Positions 22,746 through 36,354 of a stretch of DNA of 64,000 nt are shown piece by piece. The first letter of the stretch is position 1. Each line of letters opens with the position of its first letter. Made by a program: the position numbers and the translations under genes. Source of the stretch: Penicillus capitatus (taxonomy: Eukaryota > Plantae > Chlorophyta); the NCBI GenBank assembly GCA_965649825.1, contig OZ287696.1:1770081-1834080 (forward strand), written 5' to 3'. Below the pieces are notes generated by a model. The model worked only from the letters and a program-made list of their open reading frames with translations, was not told the origin of the DNA and did not search any database.

Positions 22746-24048
22746 ATGCATTCTGCAACGAGTGCGAGTCTTCTGGGGTACTCTGTGCCGCTACTACCTA
22801 AGGTCAAGAGATGTCGACTCACCACTGCACGCGAGCGCTTCTCGCTGCCATCGCTGGCGGTGGCGGCGCCAACGATAGAGCCCGATGTCTCGGACGCTGA
22901 GCGTCAACGCCTTGCATTGGAAACAGGATATCGTTCGATCGGCAAAGACTTGCCGAGAGGGGTCACTTTGAGTCAGATCGTCCAGACAATGCCACAAGAT
23001 GTGTTCCAAATCGACGACTGGAAAGCGTGGCGGTCAGTCGCCATCTCTGTTGGTGCCGTGACGCTATCTCTCGCACTCGTGGCCGTTTCTCCATGGTATC
23101 TTCTGCCATTCTCCTATGTTTTTGCGGGTCAGTGCGCCCCCTTAAGTACTACATCTTCTAAAAAGAGTGACTGATGTGACAGGGACGGCAGCGACGGGTC
23201 TGTTTGTCATTGGACATGACTGCGGCCATCGCAGTTTCAGCAACAACAAACTTCTGGAGGACATTGTGGGGACATTGGTCTTTGCTCCACTGATCTATCC
23301 TTTCGAGCCATGGAGAATCAAACACAACCATCACCATGCACACACGAACAAGCTTAATGAAGATACAGCCTGGCATCCCATGACAGAAAAGGACATCGAA
23401 GAATTCAATCCCATCACAAAACTGCTCTACACTGTATTTATGGCATCTCCACTCAAATGCTGGGCATCTGTGGGTCACTGGCTGGCATACCATTTCGACA
23501 AGGATAAATTCACGAAAAAGCAAATGCCACGAGTGATCGTCAGCTGGATAGCGGTAGCTGCCTTTGCATTGGGAGTGTTGCCATATGTGGGTGTCACTTA
23601 TGGCTGGATGGCTGTCGTGAAATTCTGGCTCGTGCCGTGGTTCGGTTACCATTTCTGGATGTCGACATTTACCGTCGTGCATCATACGGCACCTCACATT
23701 CCATTCAATCATGCCGAGAACTGGAACGCCGCCAAAGCACAGCTCAGTGGATCCGTGCACTGTGACTATCCTGGATGGGTCGATTTCCTGACCCACGATA
23801 TCAGTTGGCATGTTCCGCATCACGTTTCTTCCAAGATCCCATGGTACAATCTCCGCAAAGCCACAGCGTCTCTACGGGAAAACTGGTCCGATTACATGAC
23901 AGAGTGCACATTCAATTGGAGAATGATGAAGCAGATTTTTACAGAGCTTCATGTCTACCATCCAGAAAAGAACTATGTCCCACTCGACGACCAAAAAGAG
24001 GCGTCCTTCCTAAAATGGCAGAGGAAGCTGATCCCGGAGACCATGTGA
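22746..24048 (+). CDS. FAD6: Plastid omega-6 fatty acid desaturase, 2 exons
   Basis: His boxes GHDCGH, HNHHH and HVPHH; N-terminal transit peptide; intron at ~23128-23182. Confidence 0.93.
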
Positions 24049-24401
24049 AAAACACAAGCAGCGATCGAAGATGCTGAATTTCATCAATGTGGGTGTCGAT
24101 GTCATGCATTTATTAAATGAGAGTGAAGACATATCTTTCCATGCAAAAATCCCAACACTCTACCACGTCTCTACCGACTTCTATGCGCGATATCCGATGG
24201 ACGACGCCCGTCACAGATTGCAGACAGTAGATGGTGAGGTGTGGCCTGTCTTGTGATCCAGAAAGGGTATGATTGACTGGACATGTTGTCATTCTTCAGT
24301 AATGACATCTGAAGCGCATCGCCATTTGAGATCTGTAATCTCCGTCCAACAGACATTTCTCGTTTGCCCGTTTCTACGTTTCCGATCCTTCTCTCCTCGA
24401 C

Positions 24402-25334
24402 ATGAATTCGCTACAGAAAACGGTACCGGGTCCGTCCAATGGATCCCTCACGGTCATGAGGAGGGCCGGAACGAAGAAAGTCGCAAGGCCATCCGGCGCA
24501 GGCAGCCAACGTCTTGGCGGTGCAGGTTACAAAAGATACGACCGCGATGCTCGTTGGCTGCCGGCTATTGAACGTCCCTTCTGGTTGGACGGCTCAATGC
24601 CTGGCGACAGAGCTTTTGATCCACTCGGCCTCGCCAAGCCCGTCGAATACATTCAATACGAGTTGGATTCGTTGGACCAAAACTTGGCGGTGAATCCGAA
24701 GGGAGAGCCGATTGGCTTGTACGAAGGTGTAGGGAATACCACCGTCTCGGAAGATCGACTGCAGCCCTATTCCGAAGTCTTTGGCATTCAGCGATTCCGC
24801 GAATGCGAACTCATTCATGGAAGATGGTGCATGTTAGCCACACTTGGCTGTTTCGCAGCTGAGGCTGTCACCGGCATCCCATGGTGAGATGCTTTTGTCT
24901 GTAAGGCATCTTTGATGATGTGACGGAGGAATGTGTAGGAATGAAGCCGGAAAGAGAATTCTGGAAGAGGGTGGAACGTATTTTGGATTCCAATTGCCGT
25001 TTTCTCTCACTCAGCTGGTCTGGATCGAAGTCATTTTGGTCGGCGGTGCAGAACTGTACAGAAATACCGAACTGGATCCCGAGAAGAGATGCTATCCAGG
25101 AAACCTCTTTGATCCATTGAACTTTGCCTCAGGCGATCCCGAACGCGTCTTCAGACTGAAAGAGGCCGAAATCAAACACGGACGCCTCGCCATGGTTGCG
25201 TTCCTCGGTAAACACCCAGCCACACAACCCGGTTTGATGTGACGGATGGGACGTGTGTCGCAGGGTTCTCTGTCCAAGCATTGGTAACGGGACAGGGAGT
25301 ATTTGGAAGTCTGAAACAGGCGACTGGATTCTAA
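24402..25334 (+). CDS. LHCB4: Chlorophyll a/b-binding protein CP29, 3 exons
   Basis: [10 protein letters not shown], the CP29-specific [29 protein letters not shown], and [17 protein letters not shown]; TAA at 25332-25334. Confidence 0.95.
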
Positions 25335-25510
25335 GCCAAAGACAGATGTGTCAGCCATTCATCCGATTTTGATTCTGGCTCCGAATGTTGTTGTCCTCTA
25401 CTGTGACATGGAACAGATTTTTGAATCTCTCTTCCCTGGACACGATTTGTGAAGAAAACTCGTTTTGAACGAACGAACAATTAGACATCGCGGCGTGACG
25501 CTGTTGCCCA

Positions 25511-26545
25511 ATGTGGAGCATTTGCATTCACGGTGGCGCGGGTAGTATTCCGAGGTCGTATGATGACGGCCCGAACTTAGCCGTTCTGCGCATCGCGATG
25601 CAGAGAGCACAGGCCGTCGTGAAGGGCGAGACGCCTGGTGTGCTGCGGCAGAGTTCTCCATCGGCACCGGTGGCACTCGCCGCGGCTGTGGAAGCTGTTC
25701 TCATCCTGGAAGATTCACCGCTTTTTAATGCCGGTCACGGCTCTTGCCTCAACGCCGCTGGTGGAAAAGGATCATAAAAGAGCCAGTGATCAACGTGCTG
25801 ACGTGTACAGGGCATTGCGAGCTCGAGGCCGCGGTGATGGTCGGGACGGATCTATCCAACGGTGCCGTATGCGGTCTGACGCGTGTCAAGAATCCCATTC
25901 TCCTGGCAGAGCATGTCCGGACACAGACACCGCATACGTTTATCGGATTCCAAGCCGCTGAGAAAATGGCAGAAGAGGCAGGGCACGAACTGAAGGATCC
26001 AGAATGGTTTCTCAGCGAAAAGCGCCGACGACAACAGGCAATCGCTCAAAAACGAGGCACCACAGATCGCGATCACGACATCCAGACATCGCAACAAGTG
26101 ATATCGCCATCTCATGACATCGTCTCCTGCGAGGGATCCTCAGTCAGGCGATACCGTCGGCGCTGTGGTGCGCGACATGGATGGGAATCTTGCTGGCGCC
26201 GTATCGACAGGGGGCATGACGAATAAGTATGTCGGTCGCATCGGCGATTCGCCGTGCATTGGCTGTGGACTCTACGTGTCGCCCCTCGCTGCCGTGTGTG
26301 GCACGGGGAATGGCGAAGACTTCGTTCGCGGCAACATCTGTGCGCAAGTGTGTCATGCGATGAAGTATGGGAGCATGTCACTCAAGGAAGCGATGGATCA
26401 TGTCATGGCCGAGTTGCCAGATGACAGTGGCGGCATCATAGCTGTCGATGCAGACGGCGAAGTCGTCATGGATTTGAACTGCAGCGGTATGCACCGTGCC
26501 TTTGCCAGATCCGATGGCCAAGAAGACTACGCGACATTCCGATGA
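25511..26545 (+). CDS. Isoaspartyl peptidase/L-asparaginase (Ntn hydrolase), multi-exon
   Basis: IHGGAG, LEDSPLFNAG, ELEAAVM, and GDTVGAV..STGGMTNK..GRIGDSP with the nucleophile Thr. Confidence 0.93.
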
Positions 26546-27644
26546 TGTCAGGCGGAATCGGGATGGTAAGTGATGTGACGTGCCGCGTCCCGCCGTACAT
26601 TAGCCTTGTTGCCTCCTGCTAAAACGTTCTTGCTGTACCGATTCGCGACTCGTCCTTGTGGCCTCTATTTAATTCCCGAAGCCTGGTCTGGCTGTGAACT
26701 TTTTGGCGTCGTCTGTCACTTGATTGAAATTCTTTCCGCGTCGTCGTCTTTTATGTTCAACTATGGCAGGGTTTCTGAACCTTTTTGCCTTTTCGGCCAC
26801 TTCTGGGATGATTGGCTTTTATGGCACCAAAGCAAAACGTCTCAATGTTAGAGTGCACTCTCCAACACCTTGCCTTGCCTCGTAGGTCGCTTTTCCATAC
26901 TGTAAACATCTTTTCCCGAGTGACGACGAAGATAAAGAAGACTTTACGGCACGGGAGAGAGTGGTAGCAAGCAACCCGGCACCGACCCTTCTAGGAATCG
27001 CCGCACCGACACAACAGACGCAGCCCATAGCGTGCGCCTCGTACATTGAAGCACTAAGGGAAACGCAACGCGTCACACCGAAGAGTCTATAAAGTGCGAA
27101 AAACGTCTCCGCATCGGACAGCTCAACAAAGTTTCTTGTGTGCAGCCTTTGACTGATTAAATTATTAAGGATAGAACTGTACATCTGTTAAGCACGAGCG
27201 AAGCTGTGTAGGGTCGAACATGATTTTGGCAAGTAGGAACAATTCGTGCCGCGCGTGCACAATTCTTATCGTCAGCCCTATCCTCATGTCTACAATAAGT
27301 GCACTTGGATGCAATGAGCCGGGATTTTGAAGAAATCTGCGGAAGGGTGCAACGCGCTTGGAGCTGTGTATTACTAATCTCTAGCCGGACGAGCATAAGG
27401 TTCTCTGAGTGTTTGTCCTCATCATGAGTCGGCAACATTGTCAAGTCAGTCGTACTTCTGCACGAGATTCGATGAGTACAAGCTGTCTCACTCATTCGAA
27501 AGGCTCCTCTGGCCCAACTACCAATTAACGGATTACGGCAGAAAGTGTTTGAGTACTAATGAGACAGACAGATTGTTGTTAATTCCACAAAGACATCGTT
27601 GTTAATCGCAGCTGTTCGAATCTATTGATCGATACATCGACGTG

Positions 27645-30600
27645 ATGGGAGACGCTGAGCTCATTGCCGAAACACGCGCGTCACTCGAGGCCATGCGCAA
27701 GCCTGAGCGACCCGACTCTTCAAAAGTTCAACTGCAGACGCAGAAACTCACGACGACGATAGAGGAGTATGCGACACGGATTCAAGAAATAAAGGAGAAA
27801 ACGGCCCATCGGAGGGGAAACCGTAATGAACGCTCGCCCGAGGAACGTGACCTGCTGGACGCGCTGCACAAAACAAAGAACGAGAGACAGAGAGCTTGGG
27901 TACCATCCATTCTGTCCATCCATATTTTATGAGGCTTGTGCGTGTCAGCGAGAAAAGCAGTCCATCCGCAATGCTCTAAATAAAGCCAATCAGGTTCGCG
28001 AGTCTGCTCGGGTCAAAGTGCGTCAGATAAAAGAGAATTCAAGGGTCTCCAGTATCGAAGAGATCGATGGTCAAATCAAACGATTGGAGGAGAAGATCAA
28101 TAGCTCCGAGTTAACGGAAAAGGAAGAGCAGGAGAGCATCGAGAACATCCGTCAGTTAGTGAAATCCAGAGAGACGGTCCGCAGTTTGCGGCGACAGCTG
28201 GATGACATGCAGTCACAGGAGAATAACAGCGAGGATCTTATGGATCAGTTAAAAGACATCGATAGCAAGATGGATGAATGCACGGCACAGGAGAAAGAAA
28301 TAAACAAACAGTTGGATGCCATTCAAAAGAAGAGGGAAGAGGAAGACATCGATGTGCATGCGCTGATCGAGGAGAAGGAAGAATGCTGGCAAGTGCTGTG
28401 TGCACTTAGACAGAAGCGAAAGGAGATCAATGATGCCTTCACAGTCGAGATGGATCACTACAAACAGGAGCTAAAGGAATATCACAAAGCTAAAAGAGAA
28501 CTCGAACAGAAACTGCAAGAAATCTGTTGTTTTGAGTGCGATGAGGAATGTGGGTCTGTGTTGTGGCAGGGAAAATGAAACGAGGGCGGAGCAGAAAAAA
28601 GAAACACACGCCAGCAAAGTGATCGAGAGACCCAGGCAAAAGAATACCTCGCAGACGGAGACAAAGCTGCAAGCAGAGATGAGACCGTCTCCAGTGAGAG
28701 AGAGCTTTGCAAGGCAGGAAGAGAGAGAAAAAAAGAAAGAAGAGCAACGTCGGCAACGTCTGAGACAGATGGAACAATCTAAGTATCAGGAGAAGGTATC
28801 CTTCCTTTTGAAGTGGTATGGATGGATAGAGTGATAAGAGATGATGTAGGCAGAGACCTGTGTTGATCTCTTGAAATACTTGATGCTGTTAAAGCCAGCA
28901 GCGAAGGAAGAGGAATCTCTGCCGTTACCACAAGAGTCGGTGCCATCCCAAATCCCACCGCCTCTGGAAGCTGGCATGAAGCCGCTGAAGAAGGGAGATA
29001 ATGAACACGATGCTTGGATGATGGGAGGAAAAGGAAAGAAGAATAAGCATAAGAAAATGAAAAAGTGTGGAAAGGTGGAGAAACCAGAAGATAAGATTTT
29101 GATGCATTCTCGGCAGACGCTCAAAGCATTTGAAAATCTTAAGGTGGCTGCGCCTGACACATTGGCTGACGTTCCTTCCTCTGTACGGAAACTTGAAGAG
29201 CTGAAACTGTACTACGAGGCAAAGAAGGCAAATCCAGATTTCTCTCTGTCGGAAAAGAAAACGGCCAACACTGATGCGACGACGCTAGAGACAGTTCTGC
29301 AAAAGACTTCTCCCGGTCAAACAGAAGAGCCCCAAGAAGAGGACACTGCGAAGAAGGCTCCCAGTCAAACAGAGGAGTTCCAGGAGGAGAGCCCTGTGCC
29401 CAAGACATTTGGTCAAGCAGAACAGCTTCAAGAGAAAAACCCTGTGCTAAAGACACCTGCTCAGAAAGAAGAGCACCGAGAGGAGGACACCGTGCAAAAG
29501 GCTCCTCCTCGCAAAACAGAAGAGCTCCAAGAAGAGAGCCCCGTGCCGAAGACACTTGGTCAAACAGAAGATCTCCACATGGAGAGCTCTGTGCCTAAGG
29601 CTCTCTGTCAGACAGAAGAGCGTAGAGAAGAGAACCCCGTGCCGAAGACACTTGGTCAAACAGAAGATCTCCGAGAGGAGAGCCCTGTGCAGAAGGCTTC
29701 CCATCACACAAAATATCTTCGAGAGGAGAGCCCTGTGGAGAAGAAAACACTTGGTCAAACAGAAAAACTTCAAGAAGAGAGCCCCGTGCCCAAGACTCAA
29801 TGTCAAACAGAAGATCTCCAAGAAGAGGACACTGCAAAGAAGGCTCCATGTCAAACAGAAGAGCTCCAGGAGGAGGACACTGCGAAGAAGGCTCCATGTC
29901 AAACGGAAGAGCTTCAAGAAGAGAGCCCCGTGCCAAAGACACTTGGTCAAACAGAAGATCTCCAGGTGGACAGCTCTGTGCCTAAGGCTCCCCATCAAAC
30001 AGAAGATCTCCGAGAGGAGACCCCTGAGAAGAAGACTCCCCGTCAGACAGAACAGCTCCAAGAGGAGAACACCGTGCTAAAGACACCTGGTCAGACAGAA
30101 GATCGCCAAGAGGAGGACACCGTGAAAAAGACCTCTCCAAGTCAGACAGAAGAGCTCCAAGAAGCGGACGCTGCGAAGAAGGTCCTCCGACAAACAGAAG
30201 ATTGCCAAGAAGAAAACACTCTGCTAAAGACACCTGCTCAGACAGAAGAACGTCGAGAGGAGAACCCCGTGCAGAAGGCTCCTCCTATTCAGACGGATGA
30301 GCGCAGAGAGGAGAACACTCCACAGAAGACACCGGCTCAGACAGAAGATCGCCAAGAAGAGGACACCGTGGAGAAGACGCTTGATCAGACAGAAGAACGC
30401 CGAGAAGAGAGCCCTGTGACAAAGACGGCTCCTTGTCAAACAGAAGAGCTCCAAGAAGAAAACACTCTGCTAAAGGCAACTTCCTGTCAGACAGAAGAGA
30501 GCCAAGAAAAGAACCCTGTGCTGAAGGCTCCTATTCAGAACGAAGAGAGCCAAGAAAAGAACCCTGTGCAGAAGACACCTGGTCAGACAGAAGAGCGCCG

Positions 30601-30844
30601 AGAAGAGAACATTGTGCAGAAGACACCTGGTCAGACCGAAGAGCGCCGAGAAGAGGGCACTGGTGCTGAGGCAAAGAAGGTCGATCCTCCATCTGTGGAG
30701 ATGCTTCATCAAAGAGTCATTGGCACAGACAGCACCATCCCCGACAGTTGTCCACAGAAGACTGGCGATTCTGTTGTTCGCTGCACGTTCACTATGAAAG
30801 GAGAAACAGAGATTCTCTTGGAGCTCCGTTGCGTGGATCGCTGA
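27645..30844 (+). CDS. Bfr1/proton-pump-interactor-like coiled-coil protein with long acidic repeat tail, multi-exon
   Basis: SIEEIDGQIKRLE..EEQESIENIRQL.KSR and LMHSRQTLKAFENL..VP..KLEELKLYY; the final exon is an open 657-aa frame. One exon junction near 28530-28570 is uncertain. Confidence 0.7.
29318..30660 (+). repeat. Coding minisatellite: ~28 units of 48/51 bp (16-17 aa, QTEELQEESPVPKTLG-like)
   Basis: Units counted directly in the 28871-30844 translation; all indels keep the frame. Confidence 0.95.
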
Positions 30845-30998
30845 ATGCATATTCCACGCGACGACGACAACCCCTTCTCTATCACCCAAGTTCCAATTTC
30901 AAATTGATGTTCTCTACATTGGTTCTTGTGAAGATGGATTCACTGATGGTTGACGCTGTGATTAACCAAGATCATTTAATCATTTCTCTGTTAGTCAC

Positions 30999-32496
30999 TC
31001 ACGAAACAGCTTGCATTTCCATCTTTGGCTGTTTGCCTTCTCTCTGGATCGGAACATGCCACGTCATAAAATCCTTTGCCGGAACGACAGTATCCTTGCC
31101 AAAAGCACGAGAGGCTTCGGCCACGAGCATCTGGACATCTCCGCGATGACTGTCTGCTGATGCGCCTCTCTTGGCGCGATAACGCGCGGAGAAATGCGTG
31201 AGGACCAGTTGCTTGGCATTCAGCCGTTTTGCAAATTTCCCTGCCATTTCCGCTGTCGAATGCTGCGCGATCATCGCTTTCTCCTCCATGACCTTTGAAA
31301 ACGTCGCCTCGTGCGACAGGAGATCAGCATTGGCGCCGATCGACAACATCGAATCGGAGTTGCAGGTATCACCCAGAATCACAACTTTACGTCCAGCATA
31401 TCCCAATATCTGTTGAATCGTTGCGTCGTCCACCACATCGCTCTCTGACATACCCTGCTGTTTCTTCCAGAGATCAATTTCCCATGGCGCTGGATGATAG
31501 TCTGCCTCCTGTATGACATATCCCCAACAGAGGACGCGATGCTGCAACTGAAGAACACGATAAGGGATGATCAATAAACGGAGGCAGCGTTGGGCACACT
31601 TGAGCAGCTCTTACTGTCACACCATTTCCTCCATCGATCTCCCAATAAAGCTCCTTCCACTTTCCACTCTGCGATGCTGCCAAAGAGGACGCACGCCAAT
31701 CGACCGTCGTTCGTCCAGTAGGCGGGAACTGCTCGAGCAGTACATGGCCGTTGGGATCGAGAGGCTGCGGTGTGACATCGGCATTGAAATTGGTTGTGAA
31801 CTCTTTCGCCGTGATCGGCATACGGAAACGATCAAACCAATGCGGCAATGACATACGCAGCAGTTCCTACAACACACATACCCCATCCATGAGCGCCTCT
31901 GGTGTTCTCTGTTCCTTACCCCTAGACCCGGCGGGCCGTAAATGTCTAACTGCTCTCCTCTATCATGAAAGATCCGCACTTGGTTGATCAAACTCAACAG
32001 ACCCGGCAATCCAAAGCAGTGATCTCCATGTAGATGGGTGAGAAAGATCCTAGACAACAACTGCCATCGGATTTTCTCGACAGAGAGCGTCCGATCACTT
32101 TTTGATGGACGAAGGAAAGATTTCGGTTTTCATGAGTTGCATCTGTGTCCCCTCTCCGGCGTCAAAAACGAACGTCTTTTGCGGGAGACGCAGCAGAATG
32201 CTGGAGACGTTGCGGAATGGCGTCGGGGCACTTGATGAGGTGCCTAACCATGTCACCGCCATCCCTGTTGTCAATCCCGTCGTTTTGGAGACCAAGTCAT
32301 CTCGGCTCCCGTAATCGCCGTCCTCCCCCACAGGACGGTAATCTGTTTTCCGCACCCATCGGTTGTATTTATACGGTTTCCTTATGCGTTCGCGTCGCTG
32401 ACGGCGATTGAGGCAAACGACGGGCAGCGTTCCTCTCTGAGCCACCCATCGACTGGGTGCCACTTCGGCCCTCGTTGCCGTTTGTGTGGATGACAT
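30999..32496 (-). CDS. Short-form tRNase Z (ElaC-type metallo-beta-lactamase), multi-exon
   Basis: [57 protein letters not shown]. Confidence 0.93.
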
Positions 32497-32600
32497 GCGT
32501 TTCTTAATGGTACGTCAATTGAATCGATACGTCCTGAAGGGGAGCTCTATTGCGCGAGACGTCGTCGCTGTTGCTGTGCATTTACAGTGCCTACGGTGTC

Positions 32601-34850
32601 ATGGGAGGGAACGTTTCGCGTCCTGCCTTGAAGTCGCATGAAAAGCATTTGGGTCATCTCTGCGGACCGATGGCGATTCATATTGGCGACCCCTTTTGGT
32701 CCAACTTGGCCCATATCCCTGTCCAGCTCGCCAGTTTGAATCCCAGAGAAGTGCTGCACGTTATGGATCCCTATTGTCAACAATTGAGTGAGAAAATGAC
32801 AAAGAGTGACGGACGTCAACATGTGTTTAGTTGTGAACAGCCGGAAAACGCGAAACCTGCAGACATTGATGCTGCGTGTCATCGGCGTCGTGCAAAATGC
32901 CGAAGACGAAGAACAGCAACGCATGGCAGCAAACGGGATTTGCTTTCTGAAACTCGTGATAAAATGTATTTTGGAAAAAATGTCAGGTCCGGAATTCTTA
33001 ACGTTTATGGATGGTGATTCTCTTGCCGGTCACACATGGCACGATCGTCGACCAGGTGCATCAATTAACCCTCTCTCCACACGGCGACATCATCGATGTG
33101 CTGGTGCAGATCCTAACGGTCCACTCGTGCGCTTGGTGAAGAGTCTGGTGTACGTGGTGTTGAACAGTTTGTCGTATGTGATGGTCGTTGAGGCTCTGCA
33201 GTGTCTCTTGGTCGGATGTTCAACACAGTTGTATATAGAATACGTAACGTGGAGTCCAGGAACGCATCCCGTTATGGAAATTCTGATGGATGAAAGGGAA
33301 ACGGCTGGCGCCGTCATCGAAAGTCTACTGCAGTTTTACATTCAGCGACGCATCCCACCGCTGGGAACCCGAATCTTTGAAGAAGGGGCGGAAGACAGCC
33401 CTGGGGTCTTCAAGTTTGTCAGACGTGCTGCAGGTAAGGCACGCTGCATCGCTGTCTGCCGTTTCCTGACGTCTGGTTTTGCAAGCCTCGGTGTTGTGGC
33501 TGCCAGTAACGGCCTATAAGTATTTTGTGGGTTCTCCATCGGCATCAAGGGCCAGTCCTCTGGCGGATGCTGCACAGCATCTTTTCTTTGTCTTGGTGCA
33601 TCATGTTCCTTACCAAACCTCTTCGATCAATCCCTACCGAACGGCACTCAGAGCACTGCACGATCGAACGTATGTCGGCGGTGTTGCTGCAGAGCCGCCA
33701 AGAGATCAGAGCTGTCCCGCCATCTCGTTTGCCGATCTCTACGGACGGCTGTCGACTTCGCTGGATGACGAAAGGGGGACGTTGATGCTCTATACCCTGC
33801 TGCAGTGTGTGCAGACATTCCGCGATTACTCTCTGGTCCGCAGCGACACGGAGACGCTGCTGTTGCCTGTTCTGAAGCAGGTCTATCATGTCTCGCACGG
33901 CAGTCAGAGTCAGCTCTATCTCCTTTCCATCGTCCTCCTCATCTTCAGCCAAGACACATCGTTCAGTCAAAATGTCCACAAAATCTGGATGAGCGGTCCG
34001 GAATGGTATAAGGAACGTGCGTTGGGCAAACTGACGGTTGGGAGCTTCATGATCTTGTTGCTGCTACGGATGGCGCATTCGAATCTGACATCGCTTCAAG
34101 ATCTCTACCTCCATACCAACACCGTTGCCGCACTGGCGAACATGACCTGCTCCTCTGTCAAGATGCATGCCTTTGCAGCACAACGTTTTGTCAGTCTCAT
34201 CGAGCTCTTGAGTCGAAGGTATCGCAAGGCATTGGCCTCTGGGACAACACATGGAGGAAAGAACATTGAATTCCGTCTGCAGTTCTATAGCGATTTCCTG
34301 CAGATGATGCTGGACGTGCTCAATGGCACCGTCTGCACCAAGCCTGAAAATAATCCCAACCTCCTCTACGCCGCTCTCCAAAAACAGAGCCTCTTTGATG
34401 ACATTGCTCAGATCAGTCCAGACTTCGCCGAACTGATTGAGACCCTCCAGGTACGGCCCATACTGCGACAGCTGTTGTAACAAGGTCACATCATAGGTGA
34501 TGCTGCAAGACTTCAATGCGGAGATCGATAAGGCCAAAGTGGGCGAATCCAGTGTCGTTTGGACTGTATCAGATGTCCTGTCCGTCCTGCAAAAGGTCGC
34601 ACCGATCTGGGCATCTTCGCATCCCACGTCATCTCAACAGCTTCGGTTTTCCTATGAAGAGGAGTCATCGCCTGAGCAGTTTTTTGTTCCTGTGGTGTGG
34701 ACACTCATCGTCTCTTTTGCCGGAATGCCATGGGATCCCGATAGTATTACGCTGTTTTCGCCCCAGACGCCAACGGTCAGTGCCCTGGACAGTGAGGACG
34801 TTCCAACCGAGCCCATGACATCGACCTCCAACGGCACTCATGAAGTTTGA
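32601..34850 (+). CDS. DYM: Dymeclin, multi-exon
   Basis: N-terminal MG (myristoylation-type); LMLYTLL, LYLLSIVLLIFSQDTSF, DLYLHTNTVAALANM, NPNLLYAALQ, YEEESSPEQFFVPVVW. Confidence 0.88.
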
Positions 34851-35064
34851 GATCAGACAGGATTGGATCAGTTGGATCATCTCCATGGCTACATCACCGC
34901 ATCTGCTTAAAGTGCCGCGTTGGATACGATTATTGTTCTTTCCTTGACTCTCTCGCTTTTTCGTATACCTTTAGCGTTTGTTCCGTGTAGACTTTGTCTT
35001 TCGCATTGGTGCGTGCGTGCGTTCGTGTGTTCGTTGGTGCGTACGTGAGCTTGCAGCTGTGCTC

Positions 35065-35736
35065 ATGTCATCGGCATCCGAGAGTCAAGAGCGCTCGGCG
35101 TTCTTGAAGACATGTCTCGTGAAGGATTTGCGTACCGAGTGCCGCAACCGTGGCATCAATCCCGCCGGCAGTCGCGACACTCTTGTCGATAAGCTCGCAT
35201 CGTCCATGTCTGCCAAGGGAGAGACGTAGGACACGTGACCCTCCTGTCGTGTCTGACCGCTTGTGCCATGATGCAGTTCCTTTGGACGTATGGGCATATC
35301 GGACTCCCAGAATAAGGCAGACGTTTCTGTGAATAACTACGCTCGTCCCGAGGGACAGAACGTCGGGAACTTTGTGACAGACCGTTCATCTTCGCGTGTA
35401 TTGGCACCTCCGGGTGGAAAGTCTTCTGTGCACTTTTTTGGAGAGACAACGCCTTCTGCAACGGTGATAGACCGAACACGACGTTCCATGTCACCACCGG
35501 CCGAAAAACAACCTGTTGCTGAGAAGCCTCAACGACGGCCTGCCGTAAAGGAGGAAGCACTGTCATTGGCACACAATGATTATCCGCCGAATCCACCTCC
35601 TGTTGGAGAACGTGGCGGCGCAAATAATTACTCACGGCCTGGCGAACGGCAGAATGTGGGGAACTATATCACGGGGCGAAACACGTCGCGTGTTTTGGCC
35701 CCTCCTGGAGGCGGTTCCAGCATCAGCTTTGGTTGA
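35065..35736 (+). CDS. SAP-domain + two SPIRAL1-type motifs, 2 exons
   Basis: Exon 1 has LVKDLRTECRNRGINPAGSRDTLVDKL (SAP-like). Intron 35226-35276 splices in frame. Two NNYxRxxxQNVGNxxTxRxxSRVLAPPGGxSS motifs follow. Confidence 0.8.
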
Positions 35737-36354
35737 GCAGAAGGTCGAAGAAGGACTGGTGGGCAATCTGGTTTTGATGCAACGAGGCTGACTGTGTATA
35801 CAACATCAACTACAAGAGTAACAACAAGAAGAATAATAACACAGCAATCTGTAACTGCTAGAGCTGGTCCGAGATTTGTGGGCAATAGAGTGAGACACAT
35901 AAGAAGAGATTTTAAAAATCTGAGTCTGAAAGTATTTAACATGTGTTCGACGCCAACGACAGAAGCACCGTCATGAACGCATGGCATGAGACGGGTGCAG
36001 AGAGCCGAGGCTTCGAGTGGAGGAACATCGACATCGCCTGGGCGCGATGCTAAAAACAGAGACCATGAGATGTGAAGGAGGTGATCTTAAACACTGAGTG
36101 TGTGTGACCTAGATGAATAGCCGTTTGTGCCAATCGGCGGTACTCGTGTGGACTATGTGCGATGCCCTTCGCCAGCGAGCGAGGTAGTGCAATGAGATGT
36201 ATGCGAATCTCAACATGCATACGTATGTACCAAGCAATCCTGAATGCGCTATGTCGCATCGAATTTTGATTTCCATCCATTCTCAGACAGCAGCACATTT
36301 CTCTCTCGATTCACATCTCCTCTTGACTAAAGCGAGGCCGACGTATAACATAAT

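Noticed and set aside
29318-30660. CRISPR-like array
   Set aside because: The repeats are contiguous, degenerate and in frame within a eukaryotic exon, with no unique spacers and no cas genes.
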